Below are positions 30,687 through 40,341 of a stretch of 64,000 nucleotides of DNA, piece after piece. This stretch comes from an uncultured Gammaproteobacteria bacterium (GTDB taxonomy: Bacteria; Pseudomonadota; Gammaproteobacteria; SZUA-229). The notes under the pieces were generated by a model. The model was not told where the DNA came from. It saw nothing but the letters and a program-made list of their open reading frames with translations, and did no database searches. The first letter of the stretch is position 1. Each line of letters begins with the position of its first letter. The stretch covers positions 121-64,120 of the forward strand of contig CAWKAL010000110.1 of assembly GCA_963847575.1 (NCBI GenBank), in the 5' to 3' direction. Made by a program: the position numbers and the translations under genes.

Positions 30687-31495
30687 TGAAACATCTGCCC
30701 GGTAAATCCCTGCTCGACAAGTACATCAAGCCGATTACCCGGCTGCATGTCGATCAGACCATCGCTGACGAAAAAAACACCCATGAAATTCGCGTGTGCA
30801 TAAAACGCATACGCGCCATGCTGGTGCTGCACGAAGCACTTAGCGGACACCAGCCGGAATTCGCGCAGCTGGATGATTACCTGAAACAGCTTAAAAAGAC
30901 CCTTTCTGCCTGCCGCGATCATGATGTTTTGCTGGTACTGCTCGACAGCATTATTGCAAAAGTAGATGAGCCAAACGTGCTCCAGCTGTTCAGCAGCACC
31001 CGGACCAGCATCGCCGAATCCAGCCTGCCGCAGCTGTACGATGTCAACCAGGTCGAGCACATGACTACTGACATACTGAACGCCTACCAGGCATTCCCGC
31101 TGATCGATGTCCGGGTTAAAAACATACGCAACTACCTGAAAAAAAGACTGCGGAAAACCTGCAAACAAGCCGACCTGCTGATCAGGGAAGCCGACTGCAT
31201 CGCCCTGCATTCATGGCGTAAACAGGTCAAGCGACTGTATTACCAGGCTGATGCGCTGCGCGCTGTCAGCGGCAAATCACCCCTGCCAAACAAAACCCTC
31301 GAAAAGCTCGGCGAAAAGCTCGGTGATATTCATGATTTATGCGTACTGGAAACGACCCTGCAACACCAGCTTGCCATGCACCCAGAGCTGGCAAGCCCGT
31401 CGACCTGGCAGCAGGCACGCCAGCTGTTAAATACAAAACGCGCCCGCCTGCTGAAACAATGTCAGCGCCTTTCTAAAAAAGCCTGTGTAAAATAA
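30686..31495 (+). CDS. CHAD-domain protein
   Basis: About 269 aa from MKHLPG, with the ATG overlapping the mreD TAA. CHAD-like conserved His/Arg helices are present (HEIRVCIKRIRAML; LHSWRKQVKRLYYQADAL). Confidence 0.6.
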   Translation: MKHLPGKSLLDKYIKPITRLHVDQTIADEKNTHEIRVCIKRIRAMLVLHEALSGHQPEFAQLDDYLKQLKKTLSACRDHDVLLVLLDSIIAKVDEPNVLQLFSSTRTSIAESSLPQLYDVNQVEHMTTDILNAYQAFPLIDVRVKNIRNYLKKRLRKTCKQADLLIREADCIALHSWRKQVKRLYYQADALRAVSGKSPLPNKTLEKLGEKLGDIHDLCVLETTLQHQLAMHPELASPSTWQQARQLLNTKRARLLKQCQRLSKKACVK

Positions 31496-31579
31496 GCAGG
31501 CGCACACCTGCTGCAGCACCCGCGGGCATGCACAAACAAGCACCATCCACCCAATCGCCACAACCCGCGTGAGACACTT

Positions 31580-32323
31580 ATGTTTGAATGGGTAACACAA
31601 CCGGAAGCCTGGATCGCGCTTAGCACACTGATTGCATTAGAGATCGTGCTGGGTATCGACAATATTATTTTCATTTCCATCCTGGTGGGAAAATTACCGA
31701 GCCATCAGCGCAACAGTGCACGACAGATTGGACTGGTGCTGGCCATGCTGATGCGACTGGCGTTGTTGCTCAGTATCGTCTGGGTCATGGGCCTGGTAAG
31801 TCCATGGTTTACTATTTTCGATAACGCGATTTCCGGACGTGACGTGATCCTGATTGTCGGCGGGCTATTCCTGTTAACCAAGTCGACCCACGAAATCCAC
31901 AACAGCCTGGAAATTGTCCACCCTGACCAGGCGAGTCCAGCGAAAAGCAGTTACCTGTCAGTCATCGTGCAAATCGGATTGCTGGATATCGTGTTCTCGC
32001 TCGATTCCGTAATCACCGCGGTTGGTCTGGTCCAGCATGTCAGCATCATGGTGATTGCCATCTTGCTGTCGGTGGTGGTGATGATTTTTGCAGCCAGGCC
32101 CATTGGCGAGTTTGTCGACGCCAACCCCACCATTAAAATGCTGGCGCTTTCATTCCTCATGCTGATTGGTGTCACCCTGATTGCAGAAGGCTTCGATGTG
32201 CACGTGCCCAAGGGCTATATTTATTTCGCCATGGCATTCTCGGTTGGTGTAGAACTACTCAACATCAGGGTGCGCAGGAAAATCAAAACCGAGGTCATAC
32301 AGCTCAGCAAAAATATATCCTGA
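31580..32323 (+). CDS. TerC-family integral membrane protein
   Basis: Motif LEIVLGIDNIIFISI and a second DSV..A half-motif (FSLDSVITAVG). About 7 TM segments. Confidence 0.85.
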   Translation: MFEWVTQPEAWIALSTLIALEIVLGIDNIIFISILVGKLPSHQRNSARQIGLVLAMLMRLALLLSIVWVMGLVSPWFTIFDNAISGRDVILIVGGLFLLTKSTHEIHNSLEIVHPDQASPAKSSYLSVIVQIGLLDIVFSLDSVITAVGLVQHVSIMVIAILLSVVVMIFAARPIGEFVDANPTIKMLALSFLMLIGVTLIAEGFDVHVPKGYIYFAMAFSVGVELLNIRVRRKIKTEVIQLSKNIS

Positions 32324-32418
32324 TTGATTGCATCGAATCACGCCGCAGTTTGCAAGCTGTTGAAACCTGCGTGCCGAACAAACCGGTATTGTAAATATGA
32401 ACTATCTATGAACTATCT

Positions 32419-33315
32419 ATGAATTATGGCGCCATCATGCGTTCAGCACGCATCCCGTTCCTGGTACTGACGCCGGTGTGTATTTTCCTCGGCGCCAGCA
32501 TCGCGATCGCAAACCAGTCAAGTATAGATACACGCATGCTGGCGCTGGTTTTCACCGGCGCTTTACTGGCACACATCAGCGTCAACATGCTGAATGAATA
32601 CCAGGATTTCAAAAGCGGACTTGATCTGCAAACAACCAAAACACCATTTAGCGGCGGCAGCGGCGCATTACCAGAAAACCCAGGCATGGCGAACACTGTG
32701 CTGCTGGCAAGCATATTGACCCTGCTGGCCTGCGCTGGTATTGGCATTTACCTGTACATGCTATACGGCCCCGGTATTTTACCCATCGGCATTGCCGGGC
32801 TGGCACTGGTGGTGAGTTATACGCGCTGGGTCAACCGCCATCCCGTGCTATGCCTGCTCGCACCCGGCGCAGGCTTTGGACTGCTGATGGTCGCGGGCAC
32901 ACAGTTTGTGCTTGAGGGCCACTACACGGCCACTGCTTTCCTCGCCGGCGGTGTGCCGTTTTTCCTGGTGAATAATGTATTACTGTTGAACCAGTATCCC
33001 GACATGGCAGCTGACGCCAGCGCAGGACGCAGGACGCTGCCGATTGTCTATGGTACACATAAGTCTAACCGTGTGTACCTCGCGTTTGTGATTGCATCTA
33101 TCATGCTGATCACAACTGGTGTTACGTTCAATATATTTCCCGCCCTCGCCCTGGCCGCACTAGCACCGTCACCACTGGCACTCTATGCATTGAATGGCGC
33201 CAGAAAATTTAATGAAACAATAGGCGATCATCCGCGCTACCTCGCTGCTAACGTTGCCGCATCCGTGTTAACACCTTTGTTACTCGGACTTGCGATAATT
33301 TATGGTTCTGCATGA
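32419..33315 (+). CDS. UbiA-superfamily (MenA-like) prenyltransferase
   Basis: Asp-rich motifs NMLNEYQDFKSGLD and NQYPDMAADASAGRRTLP. About 8-9 TM helices. Confidence 0.75.
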   Translation: MNYGAIMRSARIPFLVLTPVCIFLGASIAIANQSSIDTRMLALVFTGALLAHISVNMLNEYQDFKSGLDLQTTKTPFSGGSGALPENPGMANTVLLASILTLLACAGIGIYLYMLYGPGILPIGIAGLALVVSYTRWVNRHPVLCLLAPGAGFGLLMVAGTQFVLEGHYTATAFLAGGVPFFLVNNVLLLNQYPDMAADASAGRRTLPIVYGTHKSNRVYLAFVIASIMLITTGVTFNIFPALALAALAPSPLALYALNGARKFNETIGDHPRYLAANVAASVLTPLLLGLAIIYGSA

Positions 33316-33328
33316 GACGAGTTAATAA

Positions 33329-33475
33329 TTATCCATGGATGAACGCTGATGAACTCGGATAAAAAGCAGGTCAATGTCTGCGAAAAACGTAAAACCAGTT
33401 AATTTTTGTTTTGCGTTTTTCGCAGACTATTATTTTTGTTGTTATCTGTGTTCATCAGCGTTCATCCGTGGATAA
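33329..33475. repeat. Doubly nested palindromic intergenic element
   Basis: Outer arms are ttatccatggatgaacgctgatgaactcggataa and ttatctgtgttcatcagcgttcatccgtggataa. Inner arms are gtctgcgaaaaacgtaaaac and gttttgcgtttttcgcagac. Confidence 0.85.
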
Positions 33476-33521
33476 TTGTTCTTTGTTATGAAGATGAAAT
33501 GACGCGCAGGTTATCAAACTG

Positions 33522-34274
33522 TTAACGCTGCCTGCATTCAGCCGGTGCGCCTTCTGCCATCAATGGCTTGAGCGTAGTCAGCAAAGACTTGAACAGTGTT
33601 TTGTTGCTCGCTTCCTCGCCAGCCAGGAGCTCTTTCATGTGCTGACGCTGTGTTGGCATACTGAAACAGGCGGGACAGGAATCTGCAATCACCGGCAATT
33701 TGTTATTGTATGCAAAATCACGCGTCATGCGTTCACGCGCATAGACCAGCGGCCGGATAACACGCAGGTCGCCGTCATCAGTCACATAGTGCGCTTTCAT
33801 GGTATTGAGCTTGCCACCATGAAAAGCCGACATTAAAAAGCTTTCTGCAAGATCGTCGAGATGCTGCGCCAGTGCAATCACGTTGTAATTATTCTTGCGC
33901 GCGACACTATAAATCACACCACGCTTGATGCGCGAACAAAAAGCACAATAGGATTTTTTCCCCATGTGTTCATTCGCCATATCCATGATCGGCTCGCGCA
34001 TATAATGATAATCAACGCCCAGGTCAGCCAGGTAAGGAATCATTGGCGAGGGGTCGAAGTCGCCCGCCATCGGGTCCACTGTAATCGCGCCAAATTCAAA
34101 CTTCACCGGCGACACCTTGCGGTAATGATGCAGTATATGCAGCAGTGAAAGTGAATCCTTGCCGCCGGAAAGCCCGAGCAGCACACGGTCACCCTCGCGC
34201 AACATCAGGAATTCCCCCATCGCACGCCCGACCAGGGTCAACAGGGTTTTCGACGGTTTGATAAATTCAGCCAT
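33522..34274 (-). CDS. ttcA: TtcA-family PP-loop ATPase (tRNA 2-thiocytidine synthetase-like)
   Basis: PP-loop SGGKDS, Fe-S cysteines CAFCSRIKRG and CPAC, 250 aa. The symbol is given at family level only. Confidence 0.75.
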   Translation of the reverse strand: MAEFIKPSKTLLTLVGRAMGEFLMLREGDRVLLGLSGGKDSLSLLHILHHYRKVSPVKFEFGAITVDPMAGDFDPSPMIPYLADLGVDYHYMREPIMDMANEHMGKKSYCAFCSRIKRGVIYSVARKNNYNVIALAQHLDDLAESFLMSAFHGGKLNTMKAHYVTDDGDLRVIRPLVYARERMTRDFAYNNKLPVIADSCPACFSMPTQRQHMKELLAGEEASNKTLFKSLLTTLKPLMAEGAPAECRQR

Positions 34275-34362
34275 GGCTATACTTCCACAGGCAATCAGCA
34301 GGAGTCGCCAATTTTAACAGGTAGCTGGCGGTGGCGCTCACTGAGTTATAAAGCAAAACTCA

Positions 34363-34546
34363 AAAGCGAAACCGCAAAGGCGCAAAGATTGCAAAGAAAA
34401 TCTAAATTACAGGGCGGGCTACGCCCGCTAAAAGATACATGCAAGCGTTCATTTCTTACTTTGCGTCCTTTGCGCCTTTGCGGTCAATTTTTTTACCCTT
34501 ATCGGTTTTCTCTGCGACCTCTGCGCTCGTCTGCGGTTTCGCCTTT
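34363..34546. repeat. Nested palindromic intergenic element (GCGCAAAG / CTCTGCG word types)
   Basis: Arms are accgcaaaggcgcaaagattgcaaag and ctttgcgtcctttgcgcctttgcggt. The core hairpin is gcgggc-tac-gcccgc. Outer arms are agcgaaaccgca and tgcggtttcgcc. Confidence 0.8.
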
Positions 34547-34559
34547 AAATCCGTTATAC

Positions 34560-36032
34560 CTAATCCACCGCCACAGTTCGGTTTGAGGCCCAGTCGCGGA
34601 GTTGTGTTATGTGTTCTGCCATGACCACGGATAACGGCCGGGTTGTACTGATTTCATTCAGCAGGGTTTGCGTCGTCACCGGTTCGCCGCTGGCATGGCT
34701 GGCGTAATGCGCACTAACGATTACCTGTTCTATTTCCGAGCCGGAGAAGCCTTCACTGGCGTCGATCAGTTCATCGAGTTTTACCGCGCTCGATTCGAGA
34801 CCGCGTTTTTGCATATGGATGCTGAAGATTTGTTTGCGGATATCTGCCGAGGGTAAATCGACAAAGAAAATTTCGTCCAGTCGGCCTTTGCGTATCAGCT
34901 CCGGCGGCAGATCGTGAATGTTGTTTGCTGTTGCCACCACGAATACATGCTGTTTATTTTCTGCCAGCCAGGTCAGGAATGCTCCGAGCACACGTTTTGA
35001 TGTACCGTCGTCATTACCGCCGGAAATGCCTTTTTCGATTTCATCAATCCAGAGCACACACGGCGACATCACCTGCGCGGTTTTCAATGATTCACGCAAA
35101 TTACGTTCTGTCTCACCGATGTACTTGTTATACAAGGCGGCGAAATCAAACCGCAGCAAAGGTACTCTCCAGATTCCTGCGATGGCCTTGGCGGCGAGGC
35201 TCTTGCCGCAGCCCTGCACGCCCAGCAGCAATACACCACGCGGACGGTCGAGGGACTTGCCGTTATTTGCGTCGAGAAATGCCGACTCGCGGGTTTGCAG
35301 CCATTGCTTAAGCCGGGCCATGCCGCCGACTTCGCTGAACTTTGCGGTTTCGTATTCAAATGAAATTACATCATCGCGATTCAGCAGGCGGTATTTTGCC
35401 TGCATCACTTCGGGCAGGTCATCGCTGGTAATTGCGCCGTCATCAACAATGGCATTGCGGATCAGGCGACGTGCGTCGTTGTAACTCAGGCCGCCCAGGT
35501 TTTTCACCAGCCGAGAAATATTGTCACGACTGGTCGACAGGCGCTTGCCGCTTTCCTGCTGCCAGCGTGTGGCTTCTTCACCCACCAGTTTATTGAGTGC
35601 AGCCTCATTCGGCAGGCTGAGTTCAAACTTGACGACCAGGTGTTTCAGGCTTGATGGCAGACTGATGTCATGACTCACCAGCACCAGCTTGCTGCGCGTG
35701 CCTTCCATTCTCATTGCAATTTCTTTCAGATGGCGGGCGTTCACCGGGTCCTGGCAATAGGGTTCGAAATCGAGCAGGATATATACACCTTCACGCTCAA
35801 CTGCAGCAATATGCTTGAGGACTTCAACCGGCTCGGCGATGTGTTTCTGAGTGCCGAGATCAATATCCAGCCGCGCCAGTCCTTGCGTCACCGACCATTT
35901 AAATATAGACAGGGTATTGCGCGTGGCAATTTCGACCAGCAGTTTGAGCGCGCGTTTTTCTTCGTGGGTTTCGATCTGCAGGATGGGTGCGTGGCCGAGC
36001 AGCAGCAGTTCTAGATCGCGGGTATCCGGCAT
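34560..36032 (-). CDS. AAA+ ATPase, Ycf46-like architecture
   Basis: 490 aa. A roughly 250-aa N-terminal domain is followed by one AAA module (Walker A GVQGCGKS, Walker B VLWIDEIEK, ATANN, second region of homology). Confidence 0.8.
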   Translation of the reverse strand: MPDTRDLELLLLGHAPILQIETHEEKRALKLLVEIATRNTLSIFKWSVTQGLARLDIDLGTQKHIAEPVEVLKHIAAVEREGVYILLDFEPYCQDPVNARHLKEIAMRMEGTRSKLVLVSHDISLPSSLKHLVVKFELSLPNEAALNKLVGEEATRWQQESGKRLSTSRDNISRLVKNLGGLSYNDARRLIRNAIVDDGAITSDDLPEVMQAKYRLLNRDDVISFEYETAKFSEVGGMARLKQWLQTRESAFLDANNGKSLDRPRGVLLLGVQGCGKSLAAKAIAGIWRVPLLRFDFAALYNKYIGETERNLRESLKTAQVMSPCVLWIDEIEKGISGGNDDGTSKRVLGAFLTWLAENKQHVFVVATANNIHDLPPELIRKGRLDEIFFVDLPSADIRKQIFSIHMQKRGLESSAVKLDELIDASEGFSGSEIEQVIVSAHYASHASGEPVTTQTLLNEISTTRPLSVVMAEHITQLRDWASNRTVAVD

Positions 36033-36080
36033 GAGTTGTTGTTATTTTTACGGCCAGGGGATGCATAAAGATTAGCACAT

Positions 36081-36121
36081 AAATAAAAAAACCCCCGCCA
36101 GGGACTACCGAGGCCGGGGTT
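36081..36121 (-). terminator. Rho-independent terminator downstream of the cytochrome c/FTR1 gene
   Basis: The minus strand reads ACCCCGGCC-tcggtagtccct-GGCGGGGGT followed by TTTTTTTATTT. Confidence 0.7.
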
Positions 36122-36143
36122 TGATCGGCGCCCGCCAAAGGCT

Positions 36144-38096
36144 TCAGCTGCTTCTGCGCTGGTACATCATCAGGCCAACGCCTGTGAGCAATACCAGCAA
36201 CTGCAGGCCCAGGCTTTGCGCGGTGGGATATACGCCGAGCATTTCGATGCGTGGGAAATTCATCAGGCTGGTGCTGACTATGCCGGCTTCCTGCAAGGCA
36301 GCAATCCCCTGACCGGTGAAAATGACCGCGAGCAGGAACAGCAGCACCGCATTAATCTGGAAAAACTGGCGGATTGGCAGCCTGATGCCAAGGCGATACA
36401 CCAGCAGAGACAGCACCACCAGCAGCACGATCGCCGCACCGATGCCCATCAGGAAACTTTGTTCGGAACCCTCGTCCACCTGCACCCACATCGCCTGGTA
36501 GAACAGCACGGTTTCAAACATTTCGCGGTACACCGCGATAAACGACACCAGCGCCAGTACCCACAGCGTGCTGCCTTCCATCGCGCTCGATACTTTGTGC
36601 TGCACGAACTGCTGCCAGCGCTTGCTGTGGCTGGCATTGTGCAACCAGAAACCAACGTAGATCAGGATCAATGCCGCGACCAGTGCGGCCGCGCCCTCGG
36701 TGACTTCGCGACTGGCACCGCTGATGCTGATAATATTTTCCGCCACCCACCAGGTGAATATGCCAAGTACAATCGCGCCAATCCAGCCAATGTGAATATA
36801 TTTCATCGCATCGCGACGACCGGTCTTGATCAGTGCCGCCATGATCGCGGCCAGCACCAGGATGGCTTCCACGCCTTCGCGCAGCAAAATAATAAATGCA
36901 CCGGTAAACGCGGCTTCGCCAGACATGCTGCCACTGCCCAGCAAACGCTTGGCATCGATCAACAGCGCCACGGCTTCAATACGCTTTTGTTCCAGCGCGT
37001 CGATATTTGAACTGCGCGAGAGCTCGCGAAATTCAAGCATGGCCTGTTCGATTTTGAGTTTGAGCGCTTTATCCAGGACTAACACGCTCGGCTCTGCCAG
37101 CTCGAAACCATCAAGGTAGGCTGACAGTGCGGTTTTATGTGCATTGACTGCATCACCGGCGCGGGCAAATTCAACGCTTTCTGCGAGCTTTGCAATACTG
37201 GTATCCAGCGCAGCATGATCACTCACCTGCAACACTTCAGGTGTATCGCGAAGATAGGTCAGCACCGCCTCGCCGTCTTTGTCTGACAGGCCAGCGAGCA
37301 ATGCCAGCTCACCTGCTTGGGCATACGAGGTCGAAGTGATATCTGCGATCGTCATGAACTTGTCGTGCAGATGCCCCTGCCGCCAGAGCAGCTCACCGTT
37401 CTGGCTTTGCACCGTGCTACCTGAAAAACGGCTCACCATGAATGCCAGCGCCCAGCGTTGTTCATCAGCCAGATGCGCGAACGATGCCATCGGGGTGCCG
37501 GGCACGCCCAGGCTGATAGTGTTATAGAGATCGAATACGCTGCGTGAGTACTGTCGCGCGCTATCATGGAAATTACTCGGCGCCGGCGACATTCCCGCGG
37601 CCAGCTCACCATCGCCATAGCCCTGCGCGCCGTGACAACTCGCACAACTGGAGTCGTACAGGCTGCTCACCTGGTCCATCGCCGGTAGATGTGCAGGCGC
37701 CACCACCAGGTCATAACTGCTGATCAGGGCCAGCTTGAGCTGTGCGGTCAAACGCGCGACCTCGCCGCCGTCCACGCGGCGCTCAACCGAAGAGCTGATG
37801 CGCTCAGCAGCCTGCTGAAGCTCGGCTTTGTTCGCCACCGGCGGCAGGGTCTTGAGCAGGTTCAGAATTTCCCCTGAAAACTCCTGCATCTCGGCATACT
37901 CGACGCCATCGATCACCCGCCCCTCGCTGACCGTTGGCGCATAGTCCACACCCACGTAATCCAGCATTTGCAACAGGCGCTGCGACGAATCCGCAGCGGC
38001 CATAGTATCGGCATAGGCACTGAATGAAGATAAATAAGTAGCAAATACAAAAACTTGTAGAATTCTGGCTGTCATGGTCGGGAACCGTTTAAACAC
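36144..38096 (-). CDS. Fusion protein: periplasmic cytochrome c domain plus FTR1/EfeU-type iron permease
   Basis: Signal peptide, one CxxCH (CASCHG), then a C-terminal 7-TM FTR1 module with two REXXE-type motifs (REGVEA, YREMFET). Confidence 0.8.
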   Translation of the reverse strand: MFKRFPTMTARILQVFVFATYLSSFSAYADTMAAADSSQRLLQMLDYVGVDYAPTVSEGRVIDGVEYAEMQEFSGEILNLLKTLPPVANKAELQQAAERISSSVERRVDGGEVARLTAQLKLALISSYDLVVAPAHLPAMDQVSSLYDSSCASCHGAQGYGDGELAAGMSPAPSNFHDSARQYSRSVFDLYNTISLGVPGTPMASFAHLADEQRWALAFMVSRFSGSTVQSQNGELLWRQGHLHDKFMTIADITSTSYAQAGELALLAGLSDKDGEAVLTYLRDTPEVLQVSDHAALDTSIAKLAESVEFARAGDAVNAHKTALSAYLDGFELAEPSVLVLDKALKLKIEQAMLEFRELSRSSNIDALEQKRIEAVALLIDAKRLLGSGSMSGEAAFTGAFIILLREGVEAILVLAAIMAALIKTGRRDAMKYIHIGWIGAIVLGIFTWWVAENIISISGASREVTEGAAALVAALILIYVGFWLHNASHSKRWQQFVQHKVSSAMEGSTLWVLALVSFIAVYREMFETVLFYQAMWVQVDEGSEQSFLMGIGAAIVLLVVLSLLVYRLGIRLPIRQFFQINAVLLFLLAVIFTGQGIAALQEAGIVSTSLMNFPRIEMLGVYPTAQSLGLQLLVLLTGVGLMMYQRRSS

Positions 38097-38170
38097 AAAT
38101 GAAAACGATTCGCATTATGATATAAGGACTTACTTATGTCAAATACCACCGCGTGCGCATTGGGGATAGG

Positions 38171-38322
38171 GAATAATTAATAATGAATAATGTAATAGTG
38201 AATAGTGAATAGTGAATAGTGAATAGTGAATAGTGAATAGTGAATTTTAAAATTAGCTACCTGCTCGGTTCAGGTTTTTTTTCATTATTCATTATTCATT
38301 ATTAATCATTCATTATTAATTG
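38171..38322. repeat. Palindromic intergenic element with an AATAGTG heptamer array
   Basis: Seven perfect tandem AATAGTG copies (38194-38242) lie in the left arm. The right arm cattattcattattcattattaatcattcattattaattg is the imperfect reverse complement of gaataattaataatgaataatg. Confidence 0.85.
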
Positions 38323-38328
38323 CTTCCC

Positions 38329-40341
38329 TCATTCCAGCATCGCGCGCAGTCCGGCGAGGTGCGACTTGCCCTTGTCCTGGGTGGTTTTTTCCTGGCGTGC
38401 GCCGCCGTGCCATTCGAGTTCGTCCTGTGGCAGCTCTTCGATGAAGCGGCTGGGTTCGCAAATGTTACGTTCACCGTAGCGTTTGCGGGTTTTTGCCATG
38501 GTCATGGTCAGTGTGCGTTGCGCGCGGGTGATCCCGACATAGGCGAGGCGGCGTTCTTCTTCGATGGTGTCCTGCTGAATGCTGGTGGCATGCGGCAGCA
38601 ACTGTTCTTCAAAGCCGACCAGGAATACATGCGGAAACTCCAGTCCCTTGGCGGCGTGCAGGGTCATCAGTTGCACGCCATCGACATCACGCTCATCTTT
38701 ATTGCGCTGCAGGATATCCATCAGTGACAAACGCGAAATCAGGTCGGCCAGCGACCGGGTTTCTTCCTGTTTTTGCAGGCGCGTGATCCATTCACGCAAT
38801 TCCAGCACATTCGCCCAGCGGCGTTCGGCGGTTTCCACATCCTTGCTCTGCTCCATCAGCCAGCCTTCGAAACCGATATCATCCAGCAGACTTTGCATAA
38901 TAGTGCTGGCTGCGTCATCTTCGGCGCGGTGTGCGAGACGCAGCAGCCAGTCGGTAAACTTGTCGAGGTGTTTGATCGCACTGGCGGGCACGTGCGACTG
39001 CAGCCCGACTTCACCGCAGGCGGTGAGCAGGCTGACGCCTCGATCAGTCGCATAACGGCCAATTTTTTCCAGCGTGACTGAGCCGATATTGCGCCGCGGG
39101 GTGTTGATCACGCGCAAAAACGCGGCATCATCATCCGGGTTTGCCAGCAACCGCAAATACGCAGTGACATCCTTGATCTCGGTACGATCAAAAAATGACA
39201 GGCCACCGCTGACCACGTACGGAATATTGAGATTACGCAACTGCTGTTCAAATAAACGTGCCTGGAAATTGCCGCGGTATAAAATCGCGTAATCGCGGTA
39301 GCGACCATTGTTCTGCAATTTGTGCGACTGCAGTTCGATACAGACGCGCTCGGCTTCTGCATTTTCACTGCTGCATTCAATCACCCGTAGCGGATCACCA
39401 TAACCCAGCTCGCTCCACAGGTTTTTTTCATAGACATGCGGGTTGTTGCGTATCAGCTGGTTGGCGACCTTGAGGATGCGGCCGCAGGAACGATAATTTT
39501 GTTCGAGCTTGATCACATTCAGTTTGGGAAAATCGATCGACAGCTGCTCGAGGTTCTCCGGCCGTGCGCCACGCCAGGCGTAGACCGACTGGTCATCATC
39601 GCCGACCGCGGTCAGGCAATGGCGTTTCGCGGTGAGCAGCTTGACCAGCTCGTACTGCATTGCATTGGTGTCCTGGTATTCATCCACCAGTAAATAATGA
39701 ATGCTGTTTTGCCAGTTTTCGAGAATATCCAGCCGCTGCCTGAACAGCGCCACCGGCTGTAATATCAGGTCGTCGAGGTCGAAGGCGTTGTAGGCGTGCA
39801 ACTGGCGCTGGTATTTCACATAGGCACGCGCGGCCTGCAGTTGCGAATCGTCTTCTGCCGCGGCAATCGCCTGCTCGGGCAGCAGGCCGTCGTTCTTCCA
39901 GCTGGAGATCTGCGCCTGCACCCTGCCCGCAAGATCGAGGCCGCGTTCACCGCGCGCACTCAGCAGCTCCTGCAGGGTGGAAATGGCGTCCTGGGTATCA
40001 AACACGGTAAACCCGGCCTTGTAATCCAGCGCGGTGTATTCCTTGTGCAGAATATTCAGCCCGAGGCGATGAAAGGTAGACACGCGCAGGCCTTTCGAGG
40101 CCTTCGATCCGACCAGGCTTTTGACCCTGGATTTCATTTCTTCCGCGGCCTTGTTGGTAAACGTCACCGCCGCGATATGGCTGGCCGAGATGCCGCAGGG
40201 CCCCAGCAGGTAGGCAATTTTTTCGGTAATGACGCGGGTCTTGCCGCTGCCGGCGCCCGCCAGCACCAGCATCGGGCCATCAATACGCTTCACCGCGCGC
40301 GCCTGCTGCGGATTTAAGCTGGGACTGGATTTTTGACTCAC
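38329..40341 (-). CDS. rep: ATP-dependent DNA helicase Rep
   Basis: 670 aa, UvrD/Rep SF1 motifs (AGAGSGKT, LVDEYQDTN, TLHAAKGLEF, YVGITRA). Length and N-terminus (LNPQQ..AV) fit Rep. Confidence 0.92.
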   Translation of the reverse strand: MSQKSSPSLNPQQARAVKRIDGPMLVLAGAGSGKTRVITEKIAYLLGPCGISASHIAAVTFTNKAAEEMKSRVKSLVGSKASKGLRVSTFHRLGLNILHKEYTALDYKAGFTVFDTQDAISTLQELLSARGERGLDLAGRVQAQISSWKNDGLLPEQAIAAAEDDSQLQAARAYVKYQRQLHAYNAFDLDDLILQPVALFRQRLDILENWQNSIHYLLVDEYQDTNAMQYELVKLLTAKRHCLTAVGDDDQSVYAWRGARPENLEQLSIDFPKLNVIKLEQNYRSCGRILKVANQLIRNNPHVYEKNLWSELGYGDPLRVIECSSENAEAERVCIELQSHKLQNNGRYRDYAILYRGNFQARLFEQQLRNLNIPYVVSGGLSFFDRTEIKDVTAYLRLLANPDDDAAFLRVINTPRRNIGSVTLEKIGRYATDRGVSLLTACGEVGLQSHVPASAIKHLDKFTDWLLRLAHRAEDDAASTIMQSLLDDIGFEGWLMEQSKDVETAERRWANVLELREWITRLQKQEETRSLADLISRLSLMDILQRNKDERDVDGVQLMTLHAAKGLEFPHVFLVGFEEQLLPHATSIQQDTIEEERRLAYVGITRAQRTLTMTMAKTRKRYGERNICEPSRFIEELPQDELEWHGGARQEKTTQDKGKSHLAGLRAMLE

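Noticed and set aside
31496-31579. Possible yybP-ykoY (Mn2+) riboswitch upstream of the TerC-family gene
   Set aside because: Only ~84 nt of leader is available, and I could not find the conserved four-helix core strings. This is too short and dissimilar to call.
38194-38242. Tandem AATAGTG arrays (also 25973..26000) considered as a CRISPR-like or minisatellite array
   Set aside because: The period is 7 nt with no spacers, and the arrays sit inside inverted-repeat arms. This is not CRISPR, and they are treated as part of the palindromic element family.
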